Positions 1 to 11,639 of a DNA stretch of 64,000 bases are shown one piece after another. A program made the translations under genes and the position numbers. Under the pieces are notes generated by a model. It searched no databases, was not told the origin of the DNA, and was given only the letters and a program-made list of their open reading frames with translations. Source of the DNA: Antedon mediterranea (taxonomy: Eukaryota; Animalia; Echinodermata); the NCBI RefSeq assembly GCF_964355755.1, contig NC_092672.1, positions 18,489,237 through 18,553,236 on the forward strand. The letters run 5' to 3'. The first letter of the stretch is position 1. Each line of letters opens with the position of its first letter.

Positions 1-2
1 CT

Positions 3-1248
3 GCTGAAGGCTGTAGACACTGGAAATTTGTTGATGATCTGACATTGGGTGAGGTTATCAAATCTGGCTCAAGATCTAACTTTTTTTTTCTCTTTTATTC
101 AATTTTTCACACTTCAAAAATAAGTATACAAGTTATGTGAAACAATGATAACAGGTATCATAGTAATAAACAATAAGGTAATCAAACTAATTTTTAAAAA
201 AATATATAGAGATACTTGTACTTTAAAAAAACAAAAAAGTGTGAAAGGAGGTCAAATAAGTATGATACTTTAAGCTTAACCCCTAACAAGACTGCAGAGG
301 ACGGTACATGACAAAAAACAGCACATGAAGTATTGATATTTGCAATACAAAATGCCTAGTAATATATATAATTAGAGAATAACAAATTTCGGTAACAATT
401 GTGATTAAAATATAATATATAAAAAATAAGATAACAATAAATGAATTGCTTGCAGAGTTCACTTGATAATTTGAGTGAATGGTGTGAAACAAATGATGTT
501 AAACCCAAGCTGGCTAAATGCCAAATAATCAGATTTAATTAAAAAAAAAAAACAACAGGTTGATATATCCTATAATATTGATAATTTTACTTTACCAGTA
601 ATTAAAGAATTTAAGCATATAGGTGTTATTATCCAGAATGATCTCAAATGGTCTTTTAACGTAAACTACATTACTTCAAGGGCATCTCATAGATTGTTTT
701 CTTTGTGCGTTTTAAAAATATCATGTGCACCAGTAAGTGACTTCATTACTGTATAAACTACATATGTAAGACCCATTCTTGAATATGCTTGTCAAGTTTG
801 GCATGCATTAATAACTACCCAACAATCCAACCAAATTGAAAGAATACAAAACAGAGCCCTACAAATAATATTGGGTCAAGATACTTATAGTCTGGCCCTT
901 GATAATGTTGGGTTACTAGCTTTGTGTACTCGTATAGCCTTTTGTAAAGTTATTCTGGCTTCTGAGAGATTTAGGGATATGTTACCGTTGTATAAATCCA
1001 ATAGACTCAGTTCTAGATCTCTCAGAAGTTATGCAGCCAATGGCTTGGAGAGGCGAATGTGTAGGACTGAAAGACTAAAAAAGTCAACAATACAGTACCT
1101 AGCTAAAATTTTGTAACTTTTTAGGTTTACTTGTATTTTGTGTTTTTCATATTCGTATTTTGATGGAATTATTTGTATTGTAATCCACCCTTTTCACCTT
1201 TTGCTGCTGGAGTGGAAGTTGTTTTTAAACCATAATAAATAAATAAAT
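3..1248 (+). mobile_element. 3' fragment of a CR1/L2-group non-LTR retrotransposon (RT C-terminus), degraded, interrupted at 81-449
   Basis: Frame from nt 3 reads HWKFVDDLTLGEVIKSGSRSN and resumes at 450 with LQSSLDNLSEWCETN, then KHIGVIIQNDLKW, YVRPILEYACQVWH and IERIQNRALQII. Contains stops and frameshifts; ends in an (AATA)n tail at ~1233-1248. Confidence 0.88.
81..449 (-). mobile_element. Short antisense insertion, probably the poly(A)-tailed 3' end of another retroelement
   Basis: Begins with a T-run followed by ttttattca (AATAAA plus poly-A on the minus strand). Removing it restores the RT frame of the host LINE (TCTAAC/TTGCAG). Confidence 0.6.
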
Positions 1249-2070
1249 TATCAAAGAGAATTTCAAATAGAATTTATACCAAAATATTATAAAGCAGAAG
1301 CTTAAATAGACAGAAGTCTTGAAAAAATATATCAAGCAGAAGCTTGAAAGAGAATTATTTGTAGAAACAAATACAAAATACTAACAAGCATTAAGTAATA
1401 GGTATAGCTGTAAAACAAAAGGAATAATTTGCCAATAATTAGAATTCTACATAGATATCTTTGATCGATAATTAGTTTGTAGAAGCTAACTAAGAAGCCA
1501 GCAAAAGATATATCAATAAAGAGAAACAAAAATTGACGTGAAATTTAAATCATAGAATCAAAAGATAATATAAACTTGAATATTTTTTTTAAGAATTTTA
1601 ATAATTAAATATTTTGCTGTAGCCAATATTGTTTTAAAGTTTGAATCGATTAAAAGAGTGAAAGCAAATATCAAGTGGAATTTAATTGTAACATTTATTA
1701 AAATTGTAGAAGACATATAAATTGTTTTTGAATTTGAAATTTGAGTTCAGTATTTTGAGGGAATTTTTGCATAATGGATACAAAATTCATAACAATAGTT
1801 AATGGTCTGTTGTTGTTAGTGATTGTCTTAATAATATTTTGCTAAATTTATCCATAATTCCACAATCGACATTGTATTGACAATTTTGCACTCCTTACTT
1901 GTCACTTAATAGTTGCATACAGTCATGGATGACATCTTAGACCTACTTGATGAATGCTGTTCAACTAAGAATGTCGAAGATGTAAACACTATAAAAAATG
2001 AAAGTGATGATACAGGTAATGCCTATTGTGAATGTATCAAAGATACAACTGAATTTAAAGAAGTAGTTAA

Positions 2071-3128
2071 TAATATCCTGAACATATTATGTTATGGTAC
2101 AGCGCTTACTTCAGAGTAATATCCTGAACATATTATGTTATGGTACAGCGCTTACTTCAGAGTAATATCCTGAACATATTATGTTATGGTACAGCGCTTA
2201 CTTCAGAGTAATATCCTGAACATATTATGTTATGGTACAGCGCTTACTTCAGAGTAATATCCTGAACATATTATGTTATGGTACAGCGCTTACTTCAGAG
2301 TAATATCCTGAACATATTATGTTATGGTACAGCGCTTACTTCAGAGTAATATCCTGAACATATTATGTTATGGTACAGCGCTTACTTCAGAGTAATATCC
2401 TGAACATATTATGTTATGGTACAGCGCTTACTTCAGAGTAATATCCTGAACATATTATGTTATGGTACAGCGCTTACTTCAGAGTAATATCCTGAACATA
2501 TTATGTTATGGTACAGCGCTTACTTCAGAGTAATATCCTGAACATATTATGTTATGGTACAGCGCTTACTTCAGAGTAATATCCTGAACATATTATGTTA
2601 TGGTACAGCGCTTACTTCAGAGTAATATCCTGAACATATTATGTTATGGTACAGCGCTTACTTCAGAGTAATATCCTGAACATATTATGTTATGGTACAG
2701 CGCTTACTTCAGAGTAATATCCTGAACATATTATGTTATGGTACAGCGCTTACTTCAGAGTAATATCCTGAACATATTATGTTATGGTACAGCGCTTACT
2801 TCAGAGTAATATCCTGAACATATTATGTTATGGTACAGCGCTTACTTCAGAGTAATATCCTGAACATATTATGTTATGGTACAGCGCTTACTTCAGAGTA
2901 ATATCCTGAACATATTATGTTATGGTACAGCGCTTACTTCAGAGTAATATCCTGAACATATTATGTTATGGTACAGCGCTTACTTCAGAGTAATATCCTG
3001 AACATATTATGTTATGGTACAGCGCTTACTTCAGAGTAATATCCTGAACATATTATGTTATGGTACAGCGCTTACTTCAGAGTAATATCCTCAACATATT
3101 ATGTTATGGTACAGCGCTTACTTCAGAG
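2071..3128. repeat. 46-bp minisatellite, 23 nearly identical copies
   Basis: Unit TAATATCCTGAACATATTATGTTATGGTACAGCGCTTACTTCAGAG starts at 2071, 2117, 2163 and so on; 1058 bp / 46 = 23. Confidence 0.97.
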
Positions 3129-3139
3129 TTTGATAAATG

Positions 3140-4648
3140 TAGGTATAGCACTCAATGCTCAACAAAAACCTGCCAACACACAGTTTCAGTATTTCATGTT
3201 TATTTTCTCATTTTTTTAAACGTTCGTATGAAAAATCTAAAGTCAATATAATTATGATTTTTTTCATATTTTATTAGAATGATATGTTGTCCTTATTTAT
3301 ATGTAAATTATACTACAATAGGCGTACAGCAAAAATTTTCAGAAGTACAGAAATGACCTCGTTAAAAACAACACGCGCAAACACCGTGTAAACCCATAAA
3401 AGAATACTACTAGCTCAACCAATAAACTGGATGGTTGCACTCCGAATATGGAATTGATTTTAACATATAAGGTAGCCCTGACCTGTGTCGTCATGCTATC
3501 GTGATCGTCATTTGTTTATTGCAGATACTTCCGAAGATATATTCATTTTGACAAGCCCACTTAGATTCCCTATAACTTTTGTATTTTTCACCTGTTCGAG
3601 TTGACGATACATGTTATTAGTAATTTAAAACATTCTATTTTGCTTTGATCAACTTGGATTTTGTGTTCATTGAGTGAAACCCACAGTAAAAGGCCGACAA
3701 AGTCAAGGCCTATGTTATATTCCTCCAGCGAGACCGTACATGTGCAACAAGCATGGCAAATGAACGCTTACACATTGTGCATCTAGTCTTCTTGCTTGGG
3801 CTGAAAAAAGCAACATGAGACTTAACCCTAAAAAATGTCACATTATGGACGTTTGTTTTTCTAACAGACCCCCTCTTCCTCCTGATATCATTCTTAATGA
3901 TCAGGTTATTTTCACACGTGATTGTGTTAGACTGCTTGGCGTTTTTATTCAATCCAACTTAAAGTGGGACAGACATGTTGATTACATAGTTAGAAGAGGT
4001 AATAGCAAACTTTACTCTTTGAGAACGCTTAAACGTCGTGGTGTTCCTTCTGATGATCTTGTGTCAGTGCATGTAGGTGCGGTACGACCAGTTTTAGAAT
4101 ATGCGGTACCCAATGGTGGTCTTACAATTGATCACATTAATGCAATCGAACGGGTCCAGAAACGTGCCTGTAGAATTGTTTTGGGTAGGAATTATACTGG
4201 TTATGACGATGCTTTGGTCACGTTGCGCCTGGATGGTCTGAGTCACAGGCGTCGGGACCTATGTATTGCCTTTGCTAAATCCATCTTGAATCCTCAGTCT
4301 AAATTGTTCTCACTTCTTCCTTCCAGGGGTAATGTTGTGCACAAATACAACACCCGCAATGCCGACAGGATTCGCAATGTCAATTGTAATACAGTGCGTC
4401 ATAGTAACAGTCCTCTACCTTATTTGATTAACTTAATCAACGAATTTAATTTGTGAGTTGCGCCCTTCGATTGTAATCACTTATTTTAATGTTATCATGA
4501 AATGCAATTCAGCTTGGGACGCATGCGTCCCTATATGCTGCTATATTTTATGAATTTTTTTTGGTGTAAATTTGTTGTTTTCATTTTTGAATAAAGATAT
4601 ACCAGTCAATAAACAATATGTGATTACAAATTTAGTGTGCTATGCCTA
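3140..4648. mobile_element. Non-autonomous TIR DNA transposon (hAT-like termini) inserted into the PHD coding sequence
   Basis: 12-bp TIRs TAGGTATAGCAC (3140-3151) and GTGCTATGCCTA (4637-4648), one mismatch. Flanked by duplicated ATAAATG(T) at 3133-3140 and 4649-4656. Confidence 0.8.
3790..4600 (+). mobile_element. 5'-truncated CR1/L2-group LINE (RT C-terminal region, ORF 3815-4456) nested in the TIR element
   Basis: MRLNPKKC, LLGVFIQSNLKWDRHV, VRPVLEYA and IERVQKRACRIVLG motifs; 3' UTR with GCAATTCAGC and AATAAA near 4590. Confidence 0.9.
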
Positions 4649-4653
4649 ATAAA

Positions 4654-4880
4654 TGTGATCTGTGTAGTATTGAAGTGAAAGCAGAGGACATTTACATAAC
4701 ATGTGACTGCTGCAGTAAACATTTTCATGTGACATGTGTAAGAAATAGTTTTGAAGACAAACTATGTGATGCCAGAGTAATTTGGATTTGTTCGATGTGT
4801 GGGTATAGTAATTTTGCTAATAATATGTTGGGTGAAATAGGTATTCCCTGTCATTTCAATAGATATATGATTCTAGAACC
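4654..4880 (+). pseudogene. PHD zinc-finger coding segment of the decayed element
   Basis: CDLC-x12-CDCC-x3-FHVTC...WICSMC, a C4HC3 pattern. Confidence 0.8.
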
Positions 4881-5879
4881 TGATGACTTTGTCACTGCAG
4901 ACTTTCCAGAATTAACGGAAAATAAAGAAAAATGTTGTAATAATGTCAAATTGAAACAGGAAGTCAAGATTTACTTGGTAGTGATTGGATAAGGGTAAGA
5001 TCAAAAAAAAGAACAGACAACAGAAAACAAAGAACTTGTAAAAATAGAGTAAATAAGAAAAGAGGAAAGCGTGTTATGAATGGTATAATTATAGAACCAG
5101 GTGTAAAATATATTGGAAAAGGTGTAAAAGATTTCTATGAAAGACGAAATAATAGCAAAATGAAATGGAATATGAATAAAAATACTTACAGAGAATACAA
5201 TGAGAATGATGAAACGAATGTATTAGGCAATCACAAACAATAATTGACCACAGTGTTAAGCCTATGTGTGATGTTTTGAAAAATACAAAGGTAACAAACA
5301 GAATACAACAACAATTAGGTGGTGGTTCACGAAATATCAAGGGTCATTTTGTAAGAAGATTGATAAAAAAGAGTCACAAGATACTGTGCACCTGAATTTA
5401 AAACATCACAAGAATGACTCCGAAACTATGGAACGGATTGGCGAAGATTATTTTAAAAGACATAGGTAAAAATGACAATTCAGAAATGAAAACTGACGAG
5501 GATTTTGAAATGAAATGTACTGAAGAAAATGGCAACATAGCAACTGACAATGTGAAAGCACAAAATAGCAGCAAAATTAATGAAATAATAGATTTGATAG
5601 TAATGTTACAGATCATAAAAATGTGCAAGTTGTGAATTTGAGGAAAATGAAGATAATTGATGACAGATTAAAAAAAAGCAGTCACAGAAAAAATTTGGTC
5701 CCATACTAAACCTAAATGTGACCAACATACTATCGATGTGGATATTGAAGTTTTAACAACAAAGAATTTTTCGGAAGAATTGATAATCGATGAGGGACCA
5801 AAACAGAAAAATACACCAATAAGGCAGAATACACAATCAATAAATGAATTACAACTATATAAGAGTAATGATAATAACA

Positions 5880-6125
5880 TAATTGTAGAACAGGGTAGTT
5901 TTAATCAAGGGAATTATAGATTTGGCTTTGCAAGTGGTAAACAGTGTGTTGCAAATAGTCTTGTAGCTATTCTTTATTCTACAAAGAGGAATGGAAATGA
6001 ATTTTACACCAAAGACCTTAGATTTAGATACAATATTGACTCTTGGAAACGAGTTGTACTGTTATATTCAAAAAGATTCCTTTTGATGATTTCAGAACTA
6101 CAGAAAGAATTGGATATTACACCTT
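5880..6125 (+). pseudogene. N-terminal half of a viral-tegument-like deubiquitinase (VTD / peptidase C76-like) domain
   Basis: QGSFNQGNYRFGFASGKQCVANSLVAILYS (Cys codon 5945-5947), then after a frameshift LDTILTLGNELY and LLMISELQ. The C-terminal His-containing half was not found. Confidence 0.72.
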
Positions 6126-6287
6126 TGTAATATCTCCCAAAGATTACATCAAGCCCTTGAACAAGAATTACACCCATGATGCATTTTTTATGAATTTCAA
6201 TAGAAGCATATTTTCTATACACTGTTCACTATATGGTTTATAGTTGAAAATTGATCCTCTATTCTACTTCAAGATTCATCTAAGAAG

Positions 6288-6759
6288 CCTATTAGAGTAT
6301 GTGGAGATGGCAATTGTTTTGCGAGAAGTGTTTCTGTGCTGTTGTATGGAACAGAATCTAAACATGATGATTTTTTTTAGACAAATAACTAATGAGTTTA
6401 TAAAACACAGTAAGGTGTATACAACAACCTTTATTAAAAATGTCACAATACCATCGAGATAATTATACAACTGCATTAATTTTGAAGACGAACTTATTCA
6501 AACCTCGAAAAGTGGCCAATAGACATCGTTGTTTCATTTCTACGCTCTTGCAAATGTTTTAAATCATCCTGTTAAGAGTATATACCCACCCAATGTTACT
6601 AACCGATACGTTGATGTATGCATGATGGATCAACTAATTTTTCCATTGAATTATCAAGGAAGCAGAACCATAGATACTGATATAAGTATTATGTGGAAAA
6701 GCACCAAAAAGACCGAACTGAGTAGTTGGACGCCAAATCATTTTGTTCCTGTGACAAGG
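6288..6759 (+). pseudogene. Vertnin-type OTU-like cysteine protease domain, disrupted
   Basis: PIRVCGDGNCFARSVSVLLYGTESKH (Cys 6315-6317), FEDELIQTSKSGQ*TSLFHFYALANVLNHPVKSIYP and WTPNHFVPV (His 6739-6741). Followed by a donor-like AAG/GTACGG. Confidence 0.82.
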
Positions 6760-7001
6760 TACGGTAGGCCTACACGTATATTTAATTACATTTCATTGTA
6801 AATAATTAAACCAGTACTCAAATTTATATAGTTTTAATTTTCTAATTTATTTGAATTGCTCTTTGAAATATTGTTTAAAAAAACAACTGTTTAGCAACGT
6901 TGACATTCTACTCAAACTTGTTTTTACTATTAATAATGGACTCCTGTACTACTCAAATTTATATAGTTGTAATTTTCTAATTTATTTGAAGCTCATTTGA
7001 G

Positions 7002-7620
7002 ATGACAACAGAAGAAAATGATACATTTGAACTACATGGTGATTGTAGTACTGCAGTACCCAATGATAAAGAGGATTGGTCCATCATCAGCGATACCAGT
7101 GAGTGTCCAAGCCTAAACAAGAGAAAGAAAACGGAAGACTACATACAGAAAATGCCTACCTGTGAAACATGCTTTGACATTGAAAAACTAATTGAAGACA
7201 AACAAGTCGGTGTAGGAAAAACACTTGAAACTTCTAAGAAATATCATATCAGACCAGATAACTCATTTCCCAAAGATCTACATGAACGGTTGACTTACAC
7301 GATGTGATAAAAGAGTTCATGCAATTCACAACAGTGTAAAGGATAACCGGTGAAAACATTGCAGCAGTAATTCAAGATTGCATTAAAGGATGAGGTTTGA
7401 ATATATTTTGCCTTTGCAGACAAGGATATGATGGGGCATCGAACATGTCAACCACTATGTGAGGTGTTCAGGGAATAATCAGCAGACTACATCCCAAGGC
7501 TGTTTATACCCACTGTGGTTGTCATGTTCTACAGTAAACCTTGCAATGTTCATTCAGAAGTTGGATTCGGTAACTTAAGTGTCAAAGAGACAAAAGTTTC
7601 TTGAAAAGGTCATAACATCT
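7002..7620 (+). pseudogene. hAT-family transposase fragment (ZMYM1/DUF4371-like), internally deleted
   Basis: TGENIAAVIQDCIKG*GLNI...RQGYDGASNMS...GVQGIISRLHPKAVYTHCGCHVL (DGA and CxxH motifs) at ~7345-7530, then SKRQKFLEKVI at ~7582-7614. Confidence 0.85.
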
Positions 7621-8089
7621 GTTGCTGTTGCTCCTGTTGCTGTTATTGCTGCTGCTGTTGTTATTATATTTAAATATTATAATTATTATTATTTATAATT
7701 CTTAAATTAACATCGAAACCATTGCAGGAGATAGTACTTTAAGGTTGTTTTGCCGAAAACTACTTTACATCACATGGGAACAGTTCATGTGATGGAATTT
7801 AACAATGCCTGTTGTTCCTCAGTAACTGAAAGGTTGTGACTAGGCAAAAGGTAGGTTGTTTTTATACAACGGTAAAGCAATCATTATTAAAGAAATATTC
7901 TCATTTGATTGGTCACATTTTAGGCTAGCAGATCGTGCATGTGACTTCAGGAAATTGGAAACATCATTACAGTGAACAACCCCAAAATGCATTTCATAAA
8001 TATGCAGTTTAAACATTGAATTGCATATGTACGAGACAAGAAAATATCGGTATACCGATTCAAGTATTGGCGGGGTAAGGTAGTAAGGC

Positions 8090-8250
8090 AACAAGAATAA
8101 GAATGATATTATGTTCTTAATGATGCTCATGTTAATGTTGTTTTGTAATAACGAAGTAACACTAAAATATTGGCAATACAGCTTGTAATGTTAATAGTGG
8201 AATTATGAAATTAAAACAGTCATTGTTGACATGTTGGATCTACTTGTGCA
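8090..8250 (+). repeat. Short diverged copy of the 5' part of the PHD element family
   Basis: ATGATATTATGTTCTTAATGATG...TGTTAATAGTGGAATTATGAA...CATTGTTGACATGTTGGATCTACTTG aligns by eye with 10752-10901 and 1921-1950. Confidence 0.65.
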
Positions 8251-8399
8251 TCTGTTTTGACAATAACTCCATTACATTTTTTTGCATTGTTTGTCTGTCG
8301 ATAGATTCTGTCTCTGTATTGTTCACACTTAAAAGCACCAAGCATGGCGTAATTGTGTGGATCATGCATGCATAATTTTCTCTTGCAAACTCAAACCAA

Positions 8400-8840
8400 T
8401 CTTTTGTATCGTACCACGGAATATAAAAAATGAAATCTATTAAAAATAATTTAATTTTAAAAGTTATTCAGTTTTGTAAAACTTATTAAAACTGCAGTTG
8501 CCTTTACTGAGACCTGGCTAAAGGAATTTGTTTCCGACTCTGAACTGGAAATCTCAAACTTCAATCTATATAGTTGAGATAGATCTAGAAATCGCAGGAG
8601 GTGGGTCTAAATATCGAACCAACTAAAAAGTTGAAAATTGAAGATGATGGCAATGAACATTTCCTGAAGTCATCAAATCATTGTTGTCATTTATTATAGA
8701 CTCCCTAGCTCTGGTAGAGAATCCATTATTAACTTGATCATGGAATGTTATCCTAATCATAACGTGCTACTTATTGGGGACTTTAATCTTCCCAACATCA
8801 CTTGAAATGACAACGGTACTTATGCAGTACCAGCTAACTC
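8400..8840 (+). mobile_element. Apurinic-endonuclease (APE) fragment of a CR1-group LINE
   Basis: AFTETWLKEFVSDSELEISNFNLY, YYRLPSS and VLLIGDFNLPNIT motifs. Confidence 0.8.
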
Positions 8841-8910
8841 GGGTGTCACAAAACCTACAATCACCAAAACTAAGACCCCCTAAGACCACAAAACCCAAGA
8901 TCCAAGACTG
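8841..8910. mobile_element. Probable terminus of a DNA transposon that truncates the APE fragment
   Basis: Abrupt junction GGGTGTCAC followed by reiterated (AAAA)CTAAGACC-like subterminal motifs; no partner end found. Confidence 0.4.
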
Positions 8911-10689
8911 TAGATTGCCAATATTTCCCTTTCGCACCGGTCTTGTATTTTAAATCTAAATTTAAACATCTTAGAATTACTACTTTTATAAAGAAGAATC
9001 AATAAATATCAAAAAATAATAATTAAGATTTTACAGCCGTTTTTTCATACTCTATGTTCAATATTTTCGTTTCTATGGAACTACAAAAGAGCAACATTAA
9101 TAGAGGGCTAAAAACTATGTGAAATACATCTATTTTACACATTTTTTTTGGGTGAAGATCATGTTCAATTTTAATATATTTTGTCACTGTCAATACAAAT
9201 AAAATGTTACTGTGGATACTTTACATGGTTTTTTTAAATTTATAAAATACAGTACTCATGACAGAAATTCAATCCAGTTTTGTTCACACAAATGTTTTTA
9301 AGAATTTTAACACCAACCGATGATTAGCCCTAAATATTTAGCAAACTGTCCCTAGCTCAATAAGAGGTACACTACAGTTTAATTTGTTACTAAATAAGAG
9401 CTAGCGTTTACGCTGATCGCCGAATGTCTTACTGTATTTATTTAGTGTGGTTCTTATACTGTATAAATATAATCTTCTGAAATAATTTTCTGAAATGTTC
9501 ATGGACTCTATAATACATGGTCATAATATTTTTCAGTTCGCATCAAATTGTGCCTACCCGAAATGCTATAACTATCTCATGGGGACAAGGTTGCCAACAG
9601 CCTGCAAGCTAAACGACTTCTTAGATTTCAGGGATGACCCTAATGCAGAGCAATTAAACTTGCTTGAACTCAATATTGATAGATCCTCAATAACATCACT
9701 ATCCACAAACACATTGTTCAACATCATGTGCATTACACTAGCTTCCAACCAAAAACCCAGCTGGAAATTATGCCATTGCAGCTACAACTTTGCATACAGG
9801 AAATGTTTACTGGCATCATATTCCATTTTATAAGTTACAAAAGATACTACTACAAAATATTAGGGACCTTACGCAACAGGACGGGATTGTAGGGCGGATA
9901 TTCTGTGTTCATTGGAGCATAACAGATGACAGAGAGGCGTTTTATAGTTTACACACCTTGCACAAAGACGGCGTCCGGCCAGAGACAACATGGCTTCATT
10001 GAAGGTGGCAAGAGAAGCTGTCTCATTGATTTCAGCTCATGCATACATTTTTCACATTGTCCTGTGGCTTCCATCCTGTTGCATAAAATCACTATTTAAG
10101 ATTGTACAATAAAAATAAAGAAATGTCAGTAAAATTAAAACTAAAAAACATTAGGAAATTTACATTTAGATAATCAGAAATATTTAGATAATCAGAAATA
10201 TATAGAATTCAATGATCGATAGATGTTAGTTTGTAAATGTAATGTTTTATGCCGAGTCCACACACAACTGGCACCAAACTGGCAACGTTACCTTCACATT
10301 ACGTGACAATGATCATTATTGCTCATTATTTTATGTCAATTTTTTAGAATTTTGAGGTAAGATACTGAAACACTCAGAAACTATTACAATCATCTGAATG
10401 TATTATTAAACATGAATAGAGAAAATAGTAGTATAAAATAAAACTAGAACTGAACTTCACTAATTCTCTGTATATGACCAAGCATTCAATTGAACTCTCA
10501 CTAATCTCTTAATAACATTTAAAAAAAGAACAAGTGAAAACAATTATATTGTTTGCAAGTATTTTGTAAATGATTGGCGAATGCCATTCGATTACAGTCG
10601 TTATGCTAATATTATAACGATAGATTAAACTGCTATAGAATGGATAAGACATATGAGGTCTTTGACACTTCAATGCCTGGAAGTTTTAG

Positions 10690-11140
10690 AAGATTTGAAG
10701 TGTAGATTTGTTATTATTTGCATAATGGATACACAATTAATAACATTAGTTAATGATATCTTGTTCTTAATGATGTTTTTAATGTTAATGTTGTTTGTAG
10801 ATGTGAATAAAAAAGCAGACAATATTGACAATAATGTTAATAGTGGAATTATGAATACAACTAAATTTAAAACATTCATTGTTGATATCTTGGACTTATT
10901 TGATAATGCTCTACATCTAAGAATGTCAAAGACGCAATAACTATAAAAAAGAAAATTGATTATACAGGTAATGCTAATTGTGAATTTATCAAATGAATTT
11001 AAGGGAATAGTTGGTAATATCCGCAACCTATTAACTTATGGTACAGCGTTTACTTTGGAGTTTGATAAAATGTGATCTACGTATTTGAAATGAAAGCAGA
11101 CGACATCTTTGTTACATGTTGCTGTAAACATATCATATGC
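10690..11140 (+). repeat. Second diverged copy of the PHD element 5' region, lacking both the 46-bp expansion and the TIR insertion
   Basis: Aligns with 1755-2116. Contains one monomer-like sequence (TAATATCCGCAACCTATTAACTTATGGTACAGCGTTTACTTTGGAG, ~11015-11060) running directly into TTTGATAAAATGTGATCT, the PHD start found at 4654. Confidence 0.85.
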
Positions 11141-11639
11141 AAGACAAGATATGTGTTTACCTAAACTTTTCTGTTCATACAAGAAAAGAAACAAACTCAA
11201 GAAAACATTGTGTCATTAATGTCCTTCCCAAGAGAAACCTATCTCAATCTGAAGCCGGTCTATACTGTACAATTTTATGCTAGAAATTACAAATTTATTT
11301 GATAGCTAATCATCAGGTACTCATAATATAGGACCAGTAACAATATTGCTCAATATGCAAAATATAAGATTAACTTAGAACGAATTAACTACCAAAAAAT
11401 TGATATGAGGAAAAACTATATAGAATCCAATAACATACCTGGTGATATAAAAACAAAATTCTTCAAATCAGATTTTATAAAACTGAAAAAAGATCTACAA
11501 AAAACATTGTCAAATATAAACCATGTTGACATGGTTCCTACCTTTACCACTGATCATCTGAATGGTGACATGTTGCTGAATGATTTGGTAGCTATTATGC
11601 AATCCTACTGTTCTTTTGTTGACTATATGTTTGGACTTG

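Larger units (their letters stand above)
1740..7620 (+). mobile_element. Decayed large hAT-type element or transposase-fusion gene: PHD finger + VTD/C76-like protease fragment + vertnin-type OTU protease + hAT transposase
   Basis: Four recognisable motif blocks in the same orientation (listed separately below), with many stops and frameshifts. Termini not identified, so boundaries are approximate. Confidence 0.65.

Noticed and set aside
2071-3128. CRISPR-like appearance of this and the other regular arrays
   Set aside because: Units are head-to-tail with no unique spacers, there are no cas genes, and the context is eukaryotic.
9495-10080. Coding-like segment (ORFs 9495-9833 and 9790-10002), possibly a protease relic in a DNA element
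   Set aside because: No motif could be matched with confidence by eye; needs an HMM search.
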